From NCBI GenBank assembly GCA_031460175.1, contig JAVKGW010000001.1, positions 83,021 through 147,020 on the forward strand: a stretch of DNA of 64,000 nt, written 5' to 3'. The translations under genes were made by a program, and so were the position numbers. The notes beneath the pieces are model-generated. The model made no database searches. It was given only the letters and a program-made list of their open reading frames with translations, and had not been told where the DNA came from. Positions 39,336 to 47,424 of this stretch are shown piece after piece (within the stretch, counting starts at the first letter, position 1; each line of letters opens with the position of its first letter). The stretch is from Candidatus Sysuimicrobium tengchongense (GTDB taxonomy: Bacteria > Sysuimicrobiota > Sysuimicrobiia > Sysuimicrobiales > Sysuimicrobiaceae).

Positions 39336-40612
39336 GCCTTATCCCTCAATTTGCCCGCACTGGCTATGGGACTCCAATTGTCCGCCCCGATTTCAGACAC
39401 GAGCCGAGCTACCAGATACGAATAGTTCAGTGTAGCTGGCTTGAGTTGGGCGTTGAATCCCCTCCAGTTAACTCGGGCGAAGGCAAAAACTTGCTGAACC
39501 AGGCGGGGGAACTCATTTGACGACATTGTGGATCGTGCGTCCATGTAGATTTCCAATACATTTGGCACACCCCGCTTTCTGCGCAGTTCCTGACCTGTTC
39601 GATCAGGTACGCGGCCGTCCAAGAACAGTAGCGCCGTGTAACGATTGACCTCAACCCTAATGCCGGGCTTAGGAACATAGGTCGGGTGTGCTGTGTCAAA
39701 CAACCGGTAATTAGTATCATCGTTTAAGTGCAGAATGGCATATGGTATATCAGTGCCGATTCTCTGAAGCGCTTGTTCTACAGCCGCGATCTCCCTAAAC
39801 TTACCCGGACGTTTGCAAAGATGAATTATAATTGAAGAAGGTTTCCCTTGTCGCCGCTCGTACTCCTTGTAAGCCTCAACAACTAAATCGGCAAGCGCAT
39901 TCCTATACTCGTCCAGTTTTTCCCATGCCACCGGTTTGGGCGCAAGCGAATACAGAAATTGGTAATCCCCGTCCTGCATGAAAAGCGTTATAAACCCCAC
40001 AACGTAATTCCTTTGTCGATCCATCGCTCGGCTTACCCCGATAACAAGCTCTTTTTGTTGTGAAGGAGACATAACCGTCCACGGTGTGCCGCCAATCTTG
40101 GCATATATCTGCAGGGCTATATTTTCAAGGGTCCACGGAAGCCCTCTCGTATTTCTAAGTACCTCCGCCGTAACAACCTGGCTTGGAATTCCATTGCCTA
40201 AAAGAAGCGATTTGACCTCAGCATATAGGGTCAGATTTTTCGTTGGCATAATGACAAGAACCAAATCAGGATTATCGTTGACCAGAACAGTCGTTATCGT
40301 TTCCCTCGGAGCTTCAATGTCAAGCGGTCTCTCAGCGACGAATTCAAGAGGAATGCGGAATAGACTCTGGAACCCTGCAAACGCCCCATTGCCGTTAGTA
40401 AGACCTGACACCAAGATATTGTGCTCATCCAAGAGTTCCCTGGGGTACACCAAAACGCAACGAACCCTATCCAGGCCAAGATGTTGTGCATCATACGGGC
40501 CATACCGCCTCAGCCCTTGCCTTGCGTCTTCATGTTGCGCCGACCACGATGAAAGACTAAAACGCAAGGGGGGCAATGTAAATTGTTCTCCTGTTAGATA
40601 GAAATCGTTCAT
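39323..40612 (-). CDS. Short prokaryotic Argonaute (MID-PIWI), predicted catalytically inactive
   Basis: MID motif LVIMPTKNLTLYAEVK...GIPSQVV...QIYAKIGGTPW gives the Y/K/Q/K 5'-end-binding residues. PIWI blocks VIGVSRAMD (Ser replaces the first catalytic Asp), SIIIHLCKRPGKF (RDG-like strand) and PYAILHLNDDTNYRLF. 429 aa. ATGA overlap with the upstream partner gene. Confidence 0.68.
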   Translation of the reverse strand: MNDFYLTGEQFTLPPLRFSLSSWSAQHEDARQGLRRYGPYDAQHLGLDRVRCVLVYPRELLDEHNILVSGLTNGNGAFAGFQSLFRIPLEFVAERPLDIEAPRETITTVLVNDNPDLVLVIMPTKNLTLYAEVKSLLLGNGIPSQVVTAEVLRNTRGLPWTLENIALQIYAKIGGTPWTVMSPSQQKELVIGVSRAMDRQRNYVVGFITLFMQDGDYQFLYSLAPKPVAWEKLDEYRNALADLVVEAYKEYERRQGKPSSIIIHLCKRPGKFREIAAVEQALQRIGTDIPYAILHLNDDTNYRLFDTAHPTYVPKPGIRVEVNRYTALLFLDGRVPDRTGQELRRKRGVPNVLEIYMDARSTMSSNEFPRLVQQVFAFARVNWRGFNAQLKPATLNYSYLVARLVSEIGADNWSPIASAGKLRDKAWFL

Positions 40613-41346
40613 GGAACCACCCCCAGGATAACGCGCAACGGTGTTTCCTCCAAACTTGCCTTTATGCTTTCAGCAAGAGGCAATGAGAACTCTTTGTTTG
40701 CCTGCACAAAAGGTAGAATGTGATTGTGCAGTCTAAGCCGAGAGACTTCCGGATTTATCCGATTATCTGGGAGAAATTCGTCTTGAATTTGTGCAATTTC
40801 TGCCATTGCATTATATCGTTGAATTTCACGAGTATCGAGGCATTGTCCGTGTTCGTTTTGTATTTCCCAGCAGATGTCCACAATCAAGCCCAAAATGGGA
40901 AGATTTCCTTGCCATATATAGATAGTTCTCAAATCGTAACCACGGAAGATTTTCAATCGCCCTGCGACAGCAGTGCGGTAAGGCTTCGGCTCATAAAGCG
41001 TGGTGCGACCTTTCCCGCGCCGTTTGCGATACCCTTGAGTTTTCAGATGGTTGCTAATGCCTTCATTGATCAGGCGAACGCACCATTGAGGATGTTCCAG
41101 CAGCCGAACCTGTTGCTGTTGAAAGCCCTTGGAAGCGAGTCGTTTCATATCTCGGCCATATCCGAAAATCTGATCTCGATATCGATAAACATGAATAGTC
41201 CATCCCAACTGCTCAATCTCAGTGCGCAATTCTTGTAATGAGGCGAAGTTTTTTGATGGTGCTAGCATCAAGCTAACGCGCTCATCTGGCAAGTTCACTC
41301 TGAAGACATTTACATAGAGCCCTGGCTCCAGCAAGATCGTGTTCAT
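40609..41346 (-). CDS. Putative pAgo partner protein (APAZ/N-domain-like; no recognisable SIR2/TIR/nuclease effector domain)
   Basis: 245-aa ORF, AT-rich, with an AGGAGG RBS. It sits immediately upstream of, and is translationally coupled to, the short pAgo, which is the position the APAZ-containing partner takes in short-pAgo operons. Fold assignment is inferential. Confidence 0.4.
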   Translation of the reverse strand: MNTILLEPGLYVNVFRVNLPDERVSLMLAPSKNFASLQELRTEIEQLGWTIHVYRYRDQIFGYGRDMKRLASKGFQQQQVRLLEHPQWCVRLINEGISNHLKTQGYRKRRGKGRTTLYEPKPYRTAVAGRLKIFRGYDLRTIYIWQGNLPILGLIVDICWEIQNEHGQCLDTREIQRYNAMAEIAQIQDEFLPDNRINPEVSRLRLHNHILPFVQANKEFSLPLAESIKASLEETPLRVILGVVP

Positions 41347-41405
41347 TTAGTCAGCCTCCTGATAGCCTAATACTCAAGCTGTATTCTCCCTGCTTACTCC
41401 CTCGT

Positions 41406-44400
41406 TCATTCTATTCTTTTCAGCTTCTCTAGATCGATCTGGTAATGCTCAATCCTCACGATGGGCTCCCAATTCAGGCGGACGGGGTCCTGGACGGCGA
41501 TGAGGCGCGGGCGGGTGGCGCAGTCGAAGACCACGTAGAGCCAGTAGTCCGCCCTCAGCCGTTCGGCCGTTTTGTATTCGTTGGGCGTGAGGGCCACCGG
41601 CCCCACGCCGGCCCGGCCCTTGACCTCGATGAAGCGGACGTGGCCGCTTTCCGGGTGCCGGGACAGGATGTCAAAACCGCGATCCTCGGCGGAGACGTCC
41701 TCGGGCTCCCAGCCCCGCTCCCGCTCATAGCGCATGGCTTCCTCCATCGCAATGCGCTCGATTTCCTCGTCCCGCACCATGGGCGCGAACTCTTCGCGCT
41801 CGGGATGGGGCAGGACCAGGGCCGAGCCGATATGGGTGAGGTCGGCGATGGCCAGCTCCCGCTCCCGCCGGAGCTCCTCCCGCCGCCGCTCCAGCCGCGC
41901 GTTCAGCTCCTCCAGCCGCCGCTCCGCCTCGCTCAAGGCCAGCGTCACGTCCTCCCCATGCTGCTGCCGCTCCAGAAGCTCGGCGATCTGCCGCTGCTGC
42001 CGGTCGATGAGGGTGAGCAGGCTCACCTCCACGTGGCGGGCGATGGTCTCCAGCTCCTTCTGTCGCTCCTGCTGGACCTTCCCCAGGAAAGACTGAAGCC
42101 CGCTCTCCAGCAGGAAGCGCTCCACTTCGTTCCGGTCGACCGGGAAGATGGGCGGCGGATCCGCCGTTCCCGGCATTACCGGAATGAGGTCCAGAAAGAG
42201 CGTCGGCTGACGCAGGCGCATCTCCCCCGAAGGCCCCACCTCCACTACGAAGAGCTGGCGGTGCAGGATGTTGCCCCGTCCGTCTGCGACGGAGGCCGCA
42301 TACACCTCCAGCCGGGCCGGCGCCGTCCGATGCAGGTCATAGAACACGGCGCCCCGTCTCAGGTCTGTCTGCGCCTTCTCCCACACCTCCTCCCGAACGG
42401 CCTCGAAGAGCGGATGCCCGGGGGTCACCCACTCCAGCGTGGGGTCCTCGGTCAGGCGCTGTTTGTTGAAGGTGATCCGCCGGTACTCCCGCCCCAGGGG
42501 ACCGAAGCGGGGCTCCAGACGCTCCCCTACGAGCTGCAGGTGGCGGGGGATGCGCCCTACGGTGTAAACGCCGTTGCGGCCCTTCGGCGTGGGAAGGCCG
42601 GCGATGGGAGCCGCCTGCAGGAAGAAGGTCTCCACCACCTCCGGCACCAGCCGCCGCTCCTTGGCCTCGGCCGTCCGTCCCAGGATCGCCGACAGGTTCA
42701 GCTCTCTCTTGGCCAGCCCTTCCAGCGTGGACTGGCAGATGCGAGCGAAGCGTTCCCGGTCCAGGTCCTGGACGAGGCGCTCGAGGGCCGCCTGCGGAGT
42801 GAGGCGCCCGGCGTAGAGGTCCCGGAACAGCCGCTCCAAGTAGTTGGCCGGGATGACCTCGCCGACCACGTCGAAGACCTGGTCGCTGCCCAGCTCCCGA
42901 CGGATCTCCCGAAGCCGCTCCAGGAGGCGCTCCAGGACCTGCCCCTCCCGGGTGTTGGCGGCCACGAAGTTGAAGATCAGGCAGTCCCGCTCCTGGCCGT
43001 AGCGGTGGATGCGCCCCATGCGTTGCTCCAGTCGCATGGGGTTCCAGGGGATGTCGTAGTTGATCATCAGCCAGCAGAACTGGAGGTTGATACCTTCCCC
43101 GGCGGCCTCCGTGGCCACCATGATCTGGGCCTCTTCCCGGAACTCCCGCTCGGCGTAGAGCCGGGTGCCCGGCGTGTCCCGGTCGCCGATCTTCATGCCG
43201 CCGTGGATCTGGGTAACCCGGAAGCCCCACCGGCGGAGGGTGACCACCAGGTAGTCCAGGGTTTCCTTGAACTCCGTGAAGATGAGGAGCTTGGTGCGGG
43301 GGTCCTCAAAGAGCCCCTGTTCGGTGAGCACCTGGCGCAGCTTGGCCAGCTTGGAGGAAACTTCCCGCTCCTCCAGAGCCCGGGCCTGCTGCACCAGCGC
43401 CCGCAGGGCCTGGCTTTCCTGTCGGATCTCCCAGGATTCGGAGGGGAGAGAGGCCTCTTCCACCTCCTCCTCGACCCGGATCGCTTCCTCCTCAGGCAGC
43501 TCATCCAGATCCTCCAGACGGGAGAGGTCCACGGCGACCTCTGGCCGGGGGCGGCGCAGGCGGTCTTCCAGCTTCTCCAGGCGCCGCTCCAGGCTCCGGC
43601 GGACGGCGTGGAGGCTGGAGGCGAAGCGCCGCTGATACATGGCCATGGTGAACCCGAGGGCCCGCCCACGGGCGGAAGGGTCGGCGGCGGCGCGGATGGA
43701 CTGCTCCTGCACATAGCGGGTCAGGGCCTCGTAGAAGGCGAACTCCGGGCCGTCCAGCTCGAAGCGGACGGTGCGTACCTCCCGGTTCGTGAACAGCCGG
43801 CGGACCTTCCCCGTTTCGGGGTCGGGGAAGGTGATGAGCGCCTCTTTGGTCCGGCGGAGATAGAACGGCGCGTGGTTGCGCCGGATGGCCTCCTCCAGGC
43901 TGCGGACGTCTGCGTATACATCCCTATCCAGAAGCTGGAGGAAGAGGCAGAAGTTCACCGGATCGCCCTTATGGGGCGTACCGGTGAGGAGAAGGAAATG
44001 ATGCGTCCGCTGGGAGAGCAGCTCGCCGAGCTTATAGCGCTCCGTCTTATGCTCCGGGTCGCTGGCGCTCATCCGGTGGGCTTCGTCGACGATGACCAGG
44101 TCCCAGGTGGTGCGCTGGAGGCTCCCGAGCACGTCCTCGCGCTTGGCGAAGTCAACGGAGGTGATGACCTGGGGCCTGTCCTGCCAGGGGTTGACCCCGT
44201 AGGCATATTTCAGGTCCACGCCGCGGACGATATCAAACCGCTCCCGGAAGCGGTCGCGCAGCTCCCGCTGCCACTGGAACATCAGGTTGGCAGGCGTGAC
44301 GATCAGGGTGCGGGAGACCAGCCCGCGCAGCTTGAGCTCCTTGAGGAGCAGGCCGGCCATGATGGTCTTTCCGGCGCCGGCATCGTCGGCCAGCAGGAAG

Positions 44401-44759
44401 CGAATGCGGGGCAGCGGCAGGATGTAGTGATAGACCGCCTCCAGCTGATGAGGCAGCGGGTCCACGCGGGCGATGGAGAGGGAAAAATACGGGTCGTAGT
44501 CGTAGGCCAGCCCCAGGCGGGCCGCTTCCACCCCCAGTCGGAAGCGGTGGGCGTCGCCGTCGAACGGCGCTTCGGCAGGGATGATCCGCAGCCGACCGAC
44601 CTGCTCCGGGGTCAGGAGACGCTCGTGGTATTGCCGGGTGCGAAGCCCCTGCCCGCCCACCCGGAGATTCGGGCCGAAGGGCTGCACGAGCAGAATCCGG
44701 ATAGGTTCTGGGAAAACTTCCCCTTCCACGATGGCGCCGGATTGAAGATCGTTTTCCAT
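41406..44759 (-). CDS. SNF2-family helicase with C-terminal DUF3883 (restriction-endonuclease-like) domain
   Basis: SNF2 motifs LADDAGAGKT, DLVIVDEAHR, LLLTGTPHKG and QRMGRIHRYGQ. C-terminal ...RFIEVKGR...YWLYVVFD is DUF3883-like. 1117 aa. 57-nt gap to the partner gene. Confidence 0.85.
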   Translation of the reverse strand: MENDLQSGAIVEGEVFPEPIRILLVQPFGPNLRVGGQGLRTRQYHERLLTPEQVGRLRIIPAEAPFDGDAHRFRLGVEAARLGLAYDYDPYFSLSIARVDPLPHQLEAVYHYILPLPRIRFLLADDAGAGKTIMAGLLLKELKLRGLVSRTLIVTPANLMFQWQRELRDRFRERFDIVRGVDLKYAYGVNPWQDRPQVITSVDFAKREDVLGSLQRTTWDLVIVDEAHRMSASDPEHKTERYKLGELLSQRTHHFLLLTGTPHKGDPVNFCLFLQLLDRDVYADVRSLEEAIRRNHAPFYLRRTKEALITFPDPETGKVRRLFTNREVRTVRFELDGPEFAFYEALTRYVQEQSIRAAADPSARGRALGFTMAMYQRRFASSLHAVRRSLERRLEKLEDRLRRPRPEVAVDLSRLEDLDELPEEEAIRVEEEVEEASLPSESWEIRQESQALRALVQQARALEEREVSSKLAKLRQVLTEQGLFEDPRTKLLIFTEFKETLDYLVVTLRRWGFRVTQIHGGMKIGDRDTPGTRLYAEREFREEAQIMVATEAAGEGINLQFCWLMINYDIPWNPMRLEQRMGRIHRYGQERDCLIFNFVAANTREGQVLERLLERLREIRRELGSDQVFDVVGEVIPANYLERLFRDLYAGRLTPQAALERLVQDLDRERFARICQSTLEGLAKRELNLSAILGRTAEAKERRLVPEVVETFFLQAAPIAGLPTPKGRNGVYTVGRIPRHLQLVGERLEPRFGPLGREYRRITFNKQRLTEDPTLEWVTPGHPLFEAVREEVWEKAQTDLRRGAVFYDLHRTAPARLEVYAASVADGRGNILHRQLFVVEVGPSGEMRLRQPTLFLDLIPVMPGTADPPPIFPVDRNEVERFLLESGLQSFLGKVQQERQKELETIARHVEVSLLTLIDRQQRQIAELLERQQHGEDVTLALSEAERRLEELNARLERRREELRRERELAIADLTHIGSALVLPHPEREEFAPMVRDEEIERIAMEEAMRYERERGWEPEDVSAEDRGFDILSRHPESGHVRFIEVKGRAGVGPVALTPNEYKTAERLRADYWLYVVFDCATRPRLIAVQDPVRLNWEPIVRIEHYQIDLEKLKRIE

Positions 44760-44990
44760 CGGCCTCGCCTCACGAAATGAACTTTACTCTTTCAATTTCC
44801 CGGCTCCTCGAAAAAGGGCCCCGGTAGAGACCCTGATCTGCTCGGATTCGTGAGCGACATCCTCGTCCCTTTCCTTTACGTCTGCGTCGCGGTCGAGGCG
44901 GGGCTGGAAGTTTCCCGAACACTTGATACATACGGTCAGTCCACGTAAATCATCTGAACCCTGCCTGCCAAGTCGCGCCCGTGGTTCGGA

Positions 44991-45416
44991 TCAGGGTGGT
45001 GATGCTTCCTTCCTCTCGGCATCTGGGCCACCCCTCGAGTCAAGGAACAGCAAGGCCCCGTGGCCGTCGAAGCTCCAGGGGCGGCCGGCTTCGACCACCT
45101 CCAGGCGCGGTTCGTCGTCCCGGTACAGGAGGACGTTGCCCACCCGGCCCGCGGGATCCTTGTAGGTGAGCTCCAGGGCGTCGGTGCCGAACCACTGGAC
45201 GTTCACCACGGTGACCGCGGTGCCCGGGAGGACGCCGCGGACCGTCGCTTGCGGCCTGAGGTCTTCCAGCCTCACACCCACCCCGCTGGAGACGGAGGCA
45301 TGCGGAATGCCCCGTCTCACCGTGCCCCGAGCTCCCCCACGGAGCCCGGGCACTCCCGGACCGGCTTTGGTGCTAAAATAGGCGAACATGTGCACGCGGT
45401 CAAGGCGCGGGCACAT
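44991..45416 (-). CDS. Hypothetical small protein (possible Tudor-like, RapA-N-terminal-like beta domain)
   Basis: ...GTAVTVVNVQWFGTDALELTYKDPAGRVGNVLLYRDDEPRLEVV resembles the N-terminal beta-barrel domains of SNF2/RapA helicases. ATG 45416 with GGAGG upstream. The track ORF's N-terminal extension runs into the att repeat. Confidence 0.3.
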   Translation of the reverse strand: MCPRLDRVHMFAYFSTKAGPGVPGLRGGARGTVRRGIPHASVSSGVGVRLEDLRPQATVRGVLPGTAVTVVNVQWFGTDALELTYKDPAGRVGNVLLYRDDEPRLEVVEAGRPWSFDGHGALLFLDSRGGPDAERKEASPP

Positions 45417-45527
45417 GCCTCGCCTCCTGCTGGCGCCCCAAACCCTCCGCAGGTGCCGCGGACTCACGACCCCGTAGGGGTACTCAGGTGGTGCCGGGAA
45501 GGTATACCCGCTTCCTGCGCGGTTCTC

Positions 45528-45575
45528 CGCTGGTGCCTGGGGAGGGAGTCGAACCCCCGACACGGGGATTTTCAG
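45528..45575. repeat. attL-type direct repeat: 48-nt exact copy of the 3' part of tRNA-Phe
   Basis: CGCTGGTGCCTGGGGAGGGAGTCGAACCCCCGACACGGGGATTTTCAG is identical to 52331-52378 (the tRNA-Phe 3' half, from CCA end to anticodon stem). Confidence 0.85.
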
Positions 45576-45858
45576 CCCTACCAGAGACGTTGCACACCGT
45601 CCCCTTGTATCTCATACGCTACATTAACGCGCACCAAGATGTATACCACATCTCGCGGAGTTGCACGAATGATCATCCAATGGCTGCACGTTTGGCTGCA
45701 CGCCTCCAGGGTGGTCCGCCCCGTGGTCCCGCCTGTGCGCGCAGGTGTAGGTGCGCGTGTGCGGCCCTGCGGCGCGTGAAAAAGACCGCGCCCCGGGGTC
45801 GCGCGCGCACCCTCCTGATTTGCCGAGATAAAAAGAACCGCCGCGGGTTACTCTAAAG

Positions 45859-46581
45859 GTGATGGACGGGAGCGTGACCACCGGGCAGATCGCGTGGCAT
45901 CTAGGCGTCAGCCGCAGGACCGCACTGAAGTGGGTCAAGATGCTTGCCGGGTTGTTTCCGGATCTCGTGACTGTGGATCGCGGGGCCTACAGGTTGAAAG
46001 AGGACCCGGGGATTGCACTGCTGTGTGCCCTGCGGGACCACCCCCGGGAGTGTGCGTCCGCGCTCCGTGCTGCTCGGCTCGTGGGGCTGACCCCGACACC
46101 ACATGACCTGATCCTCGCGGCCGTGTGGGGACACTACCTGCATGGCCTATACCACCGCCTCCGCGCAACCTATCCGGGGCGCCCCGTCACGTGCCGGGTC
46201 CTCGACCTGCACGCACGTCGCGAGTACATCGTCCACCTCGGAGCCAGCCGCCCACCCCGAAGGCCCCCGACGAGGGCTCTCATCGAGAAGTTGACGCAGA
46301 TGTGCACCCGCTGGTCCCACAGAACCCGCCCCTACCACCGACTCGCAGGAATCTATGCGATCGCGGAGCGCCTTGAGATGGGCAAGTTGAAGCGCGCCAG
46401 GGTCTTGTTTGGGTGGAAGTTCACCCAGCGGGGCAGCCGGTGGTCCAAAAGGGAGAGGTGGTTGTACCGCCACGGGCTGCTCCCCCCGAACTTCCGCTCC
46501 CATCCCCACTCTCCATCTCCCGGCCACCCGCTGTGGGGGAGCAGAAAGAGACGGGATTACTTCGGGGCGCGCCGAACTTAA
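45859..46581 (+). CDS. HTH-containing putative regulator / replication-associated protein of the element
   Basis: N-terminal TTGQIAWHLGVSRRTALKWV has an HTH-like pattern. First gene inside attL. Confidence 0.45.
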   Translation: MMDGSVTTGQIAWHLGVSRRTALKWVKMLAGLFPDLVTVDRGAYRLKEDPGIALLCALRDHPRECASALRAARLVGLTPTPHDLILAAVWGHYLHGLYHRLRATYPGRPVTCRVLDLHARREYIVHLGASRPPRRPPTRALIEKLTQMCTRWSHRTRPYHRLAGIYAIAERLEMGKLKRARVLFGWKFTQRGSRWSKRERWLYRHGLLPPNFRSHPHSPSPGHPLWGSRKRRDYFGARRT

Positions 46582-47108
46582 GAACCTCTCCCCTTGCTAT
46601 CCAACAAGACCCCCCGGAATTTCTCATGCAACGCATGCGGCATGCAGGGGCACAGGTTCCCGCGGAAGGCAGCCACCTTTCCTTCCCTCTTCCCCAGGAC
46701 AACCCCGATCCAGGGGCGCGGGTTGTGGGGGTCCAGACGTAGTTGGACTGCGCACAGGGGGGATGGGCACGCCAGAAAGTACCACGAAGCGCCTTTCCAC
46801 TGTCCGGGGATGAACAGGCGCGGCTGAGCCTCAACAAGATCTGACAGGACCCGGCCGATCTCCATGGGCAACGGGTACCACTCCCGCGGGACCTCCGCCG
46901 GGGCACCGACGATCACCTCACGCTCTCCGAGGCAACTACCGCCGAGTTCCCACGGTTCAAACACCGGCTCGAGGGTCAGCACCGGGACCGTGATGTTGAT
47001 GAACCTGGGGGGCGGAGGGGTGAGGGCCTTCTCACTGCCGGACGCCCCTGCTGCCCTGCGTCGCCGTGGTTGCACCCGGAGAGAAGCGACAATGATGCGT
47101 TTGTTCAC
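46578..47108 (-). CDS. Hypothetical protein (element-encoded)
   Basis: 176-aa ORF convergent with the preceding gene. No family assigned. Confidence 0.3.
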   Translation of the reverse strand: MNKRIIVASLRVQPRRRRAAGASGSEKALTPPPPRFINITVPVLTLEPVFEPWELGGSCLGEREVIVGAPAEVPREWYPLPMEIGRVLSDLVEAQPRLFIPGQWKGASWYFLACPSPLCAVQLRLDPHNPRPWIGVVLGKREGKVAAFRGNLCPCMPHALHEKFRGVLLDSKGRGS

Positions 47109-47208
47109 ATTTGAAGGTTAACACGGGTGCCCGGACCCGCAACGGAGCCTGCCCCTCCTTGCCTACGATGTGGCCCCCACGAGACGCTGTGGAACGGAGG
47201 TGAGCAAA

Positions 47209-47424
47209 ATGCGAGAGCAGCCCCGGCCGGTGGAGCTGTTGACTGTCGAGCAGCTTGCGTCTGCCCTACGGATCAGCAAGGCGACCGCGTACCGTCTGAT
47301 CGCGCGGGGCTTGGTGCGCGGTGTGCGCCTCAGCCCGCGGTGCCTGCGGATCCCGGCGTCCGAGGTTTTGAGGTTGATCCGGGAGGCCACGGGCGGTCTC
47401 GAGGGGGATGACGGGGATGATTGA
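47209..47424 (+). CDS. Excisionase-family DNA-binding protein (Xis/MerR-like HTH)
   Basis: LLTVEQLASALRISKATAYRLIARGLVRGVRL. Start trimmed to ATG 47209. Its stop overlaps the prim-pol start. Confidence 0.6.
   Translation: MREQPRPVELLTVEQLASALRISKATAYRLIARGLVRGVRLSPRCLRIPASEVLRLIREATGGLEGDDGDD

Noticed and set aside
41445-44780. 1111-aa plus-strand ORF antisense to the SNF2-DUF3883 gene
   Set aside because: The minus strand carries all SNF2 motifs in order. The plus-strand product is a Gly/Pro/Arg/Leu-rich artefact.
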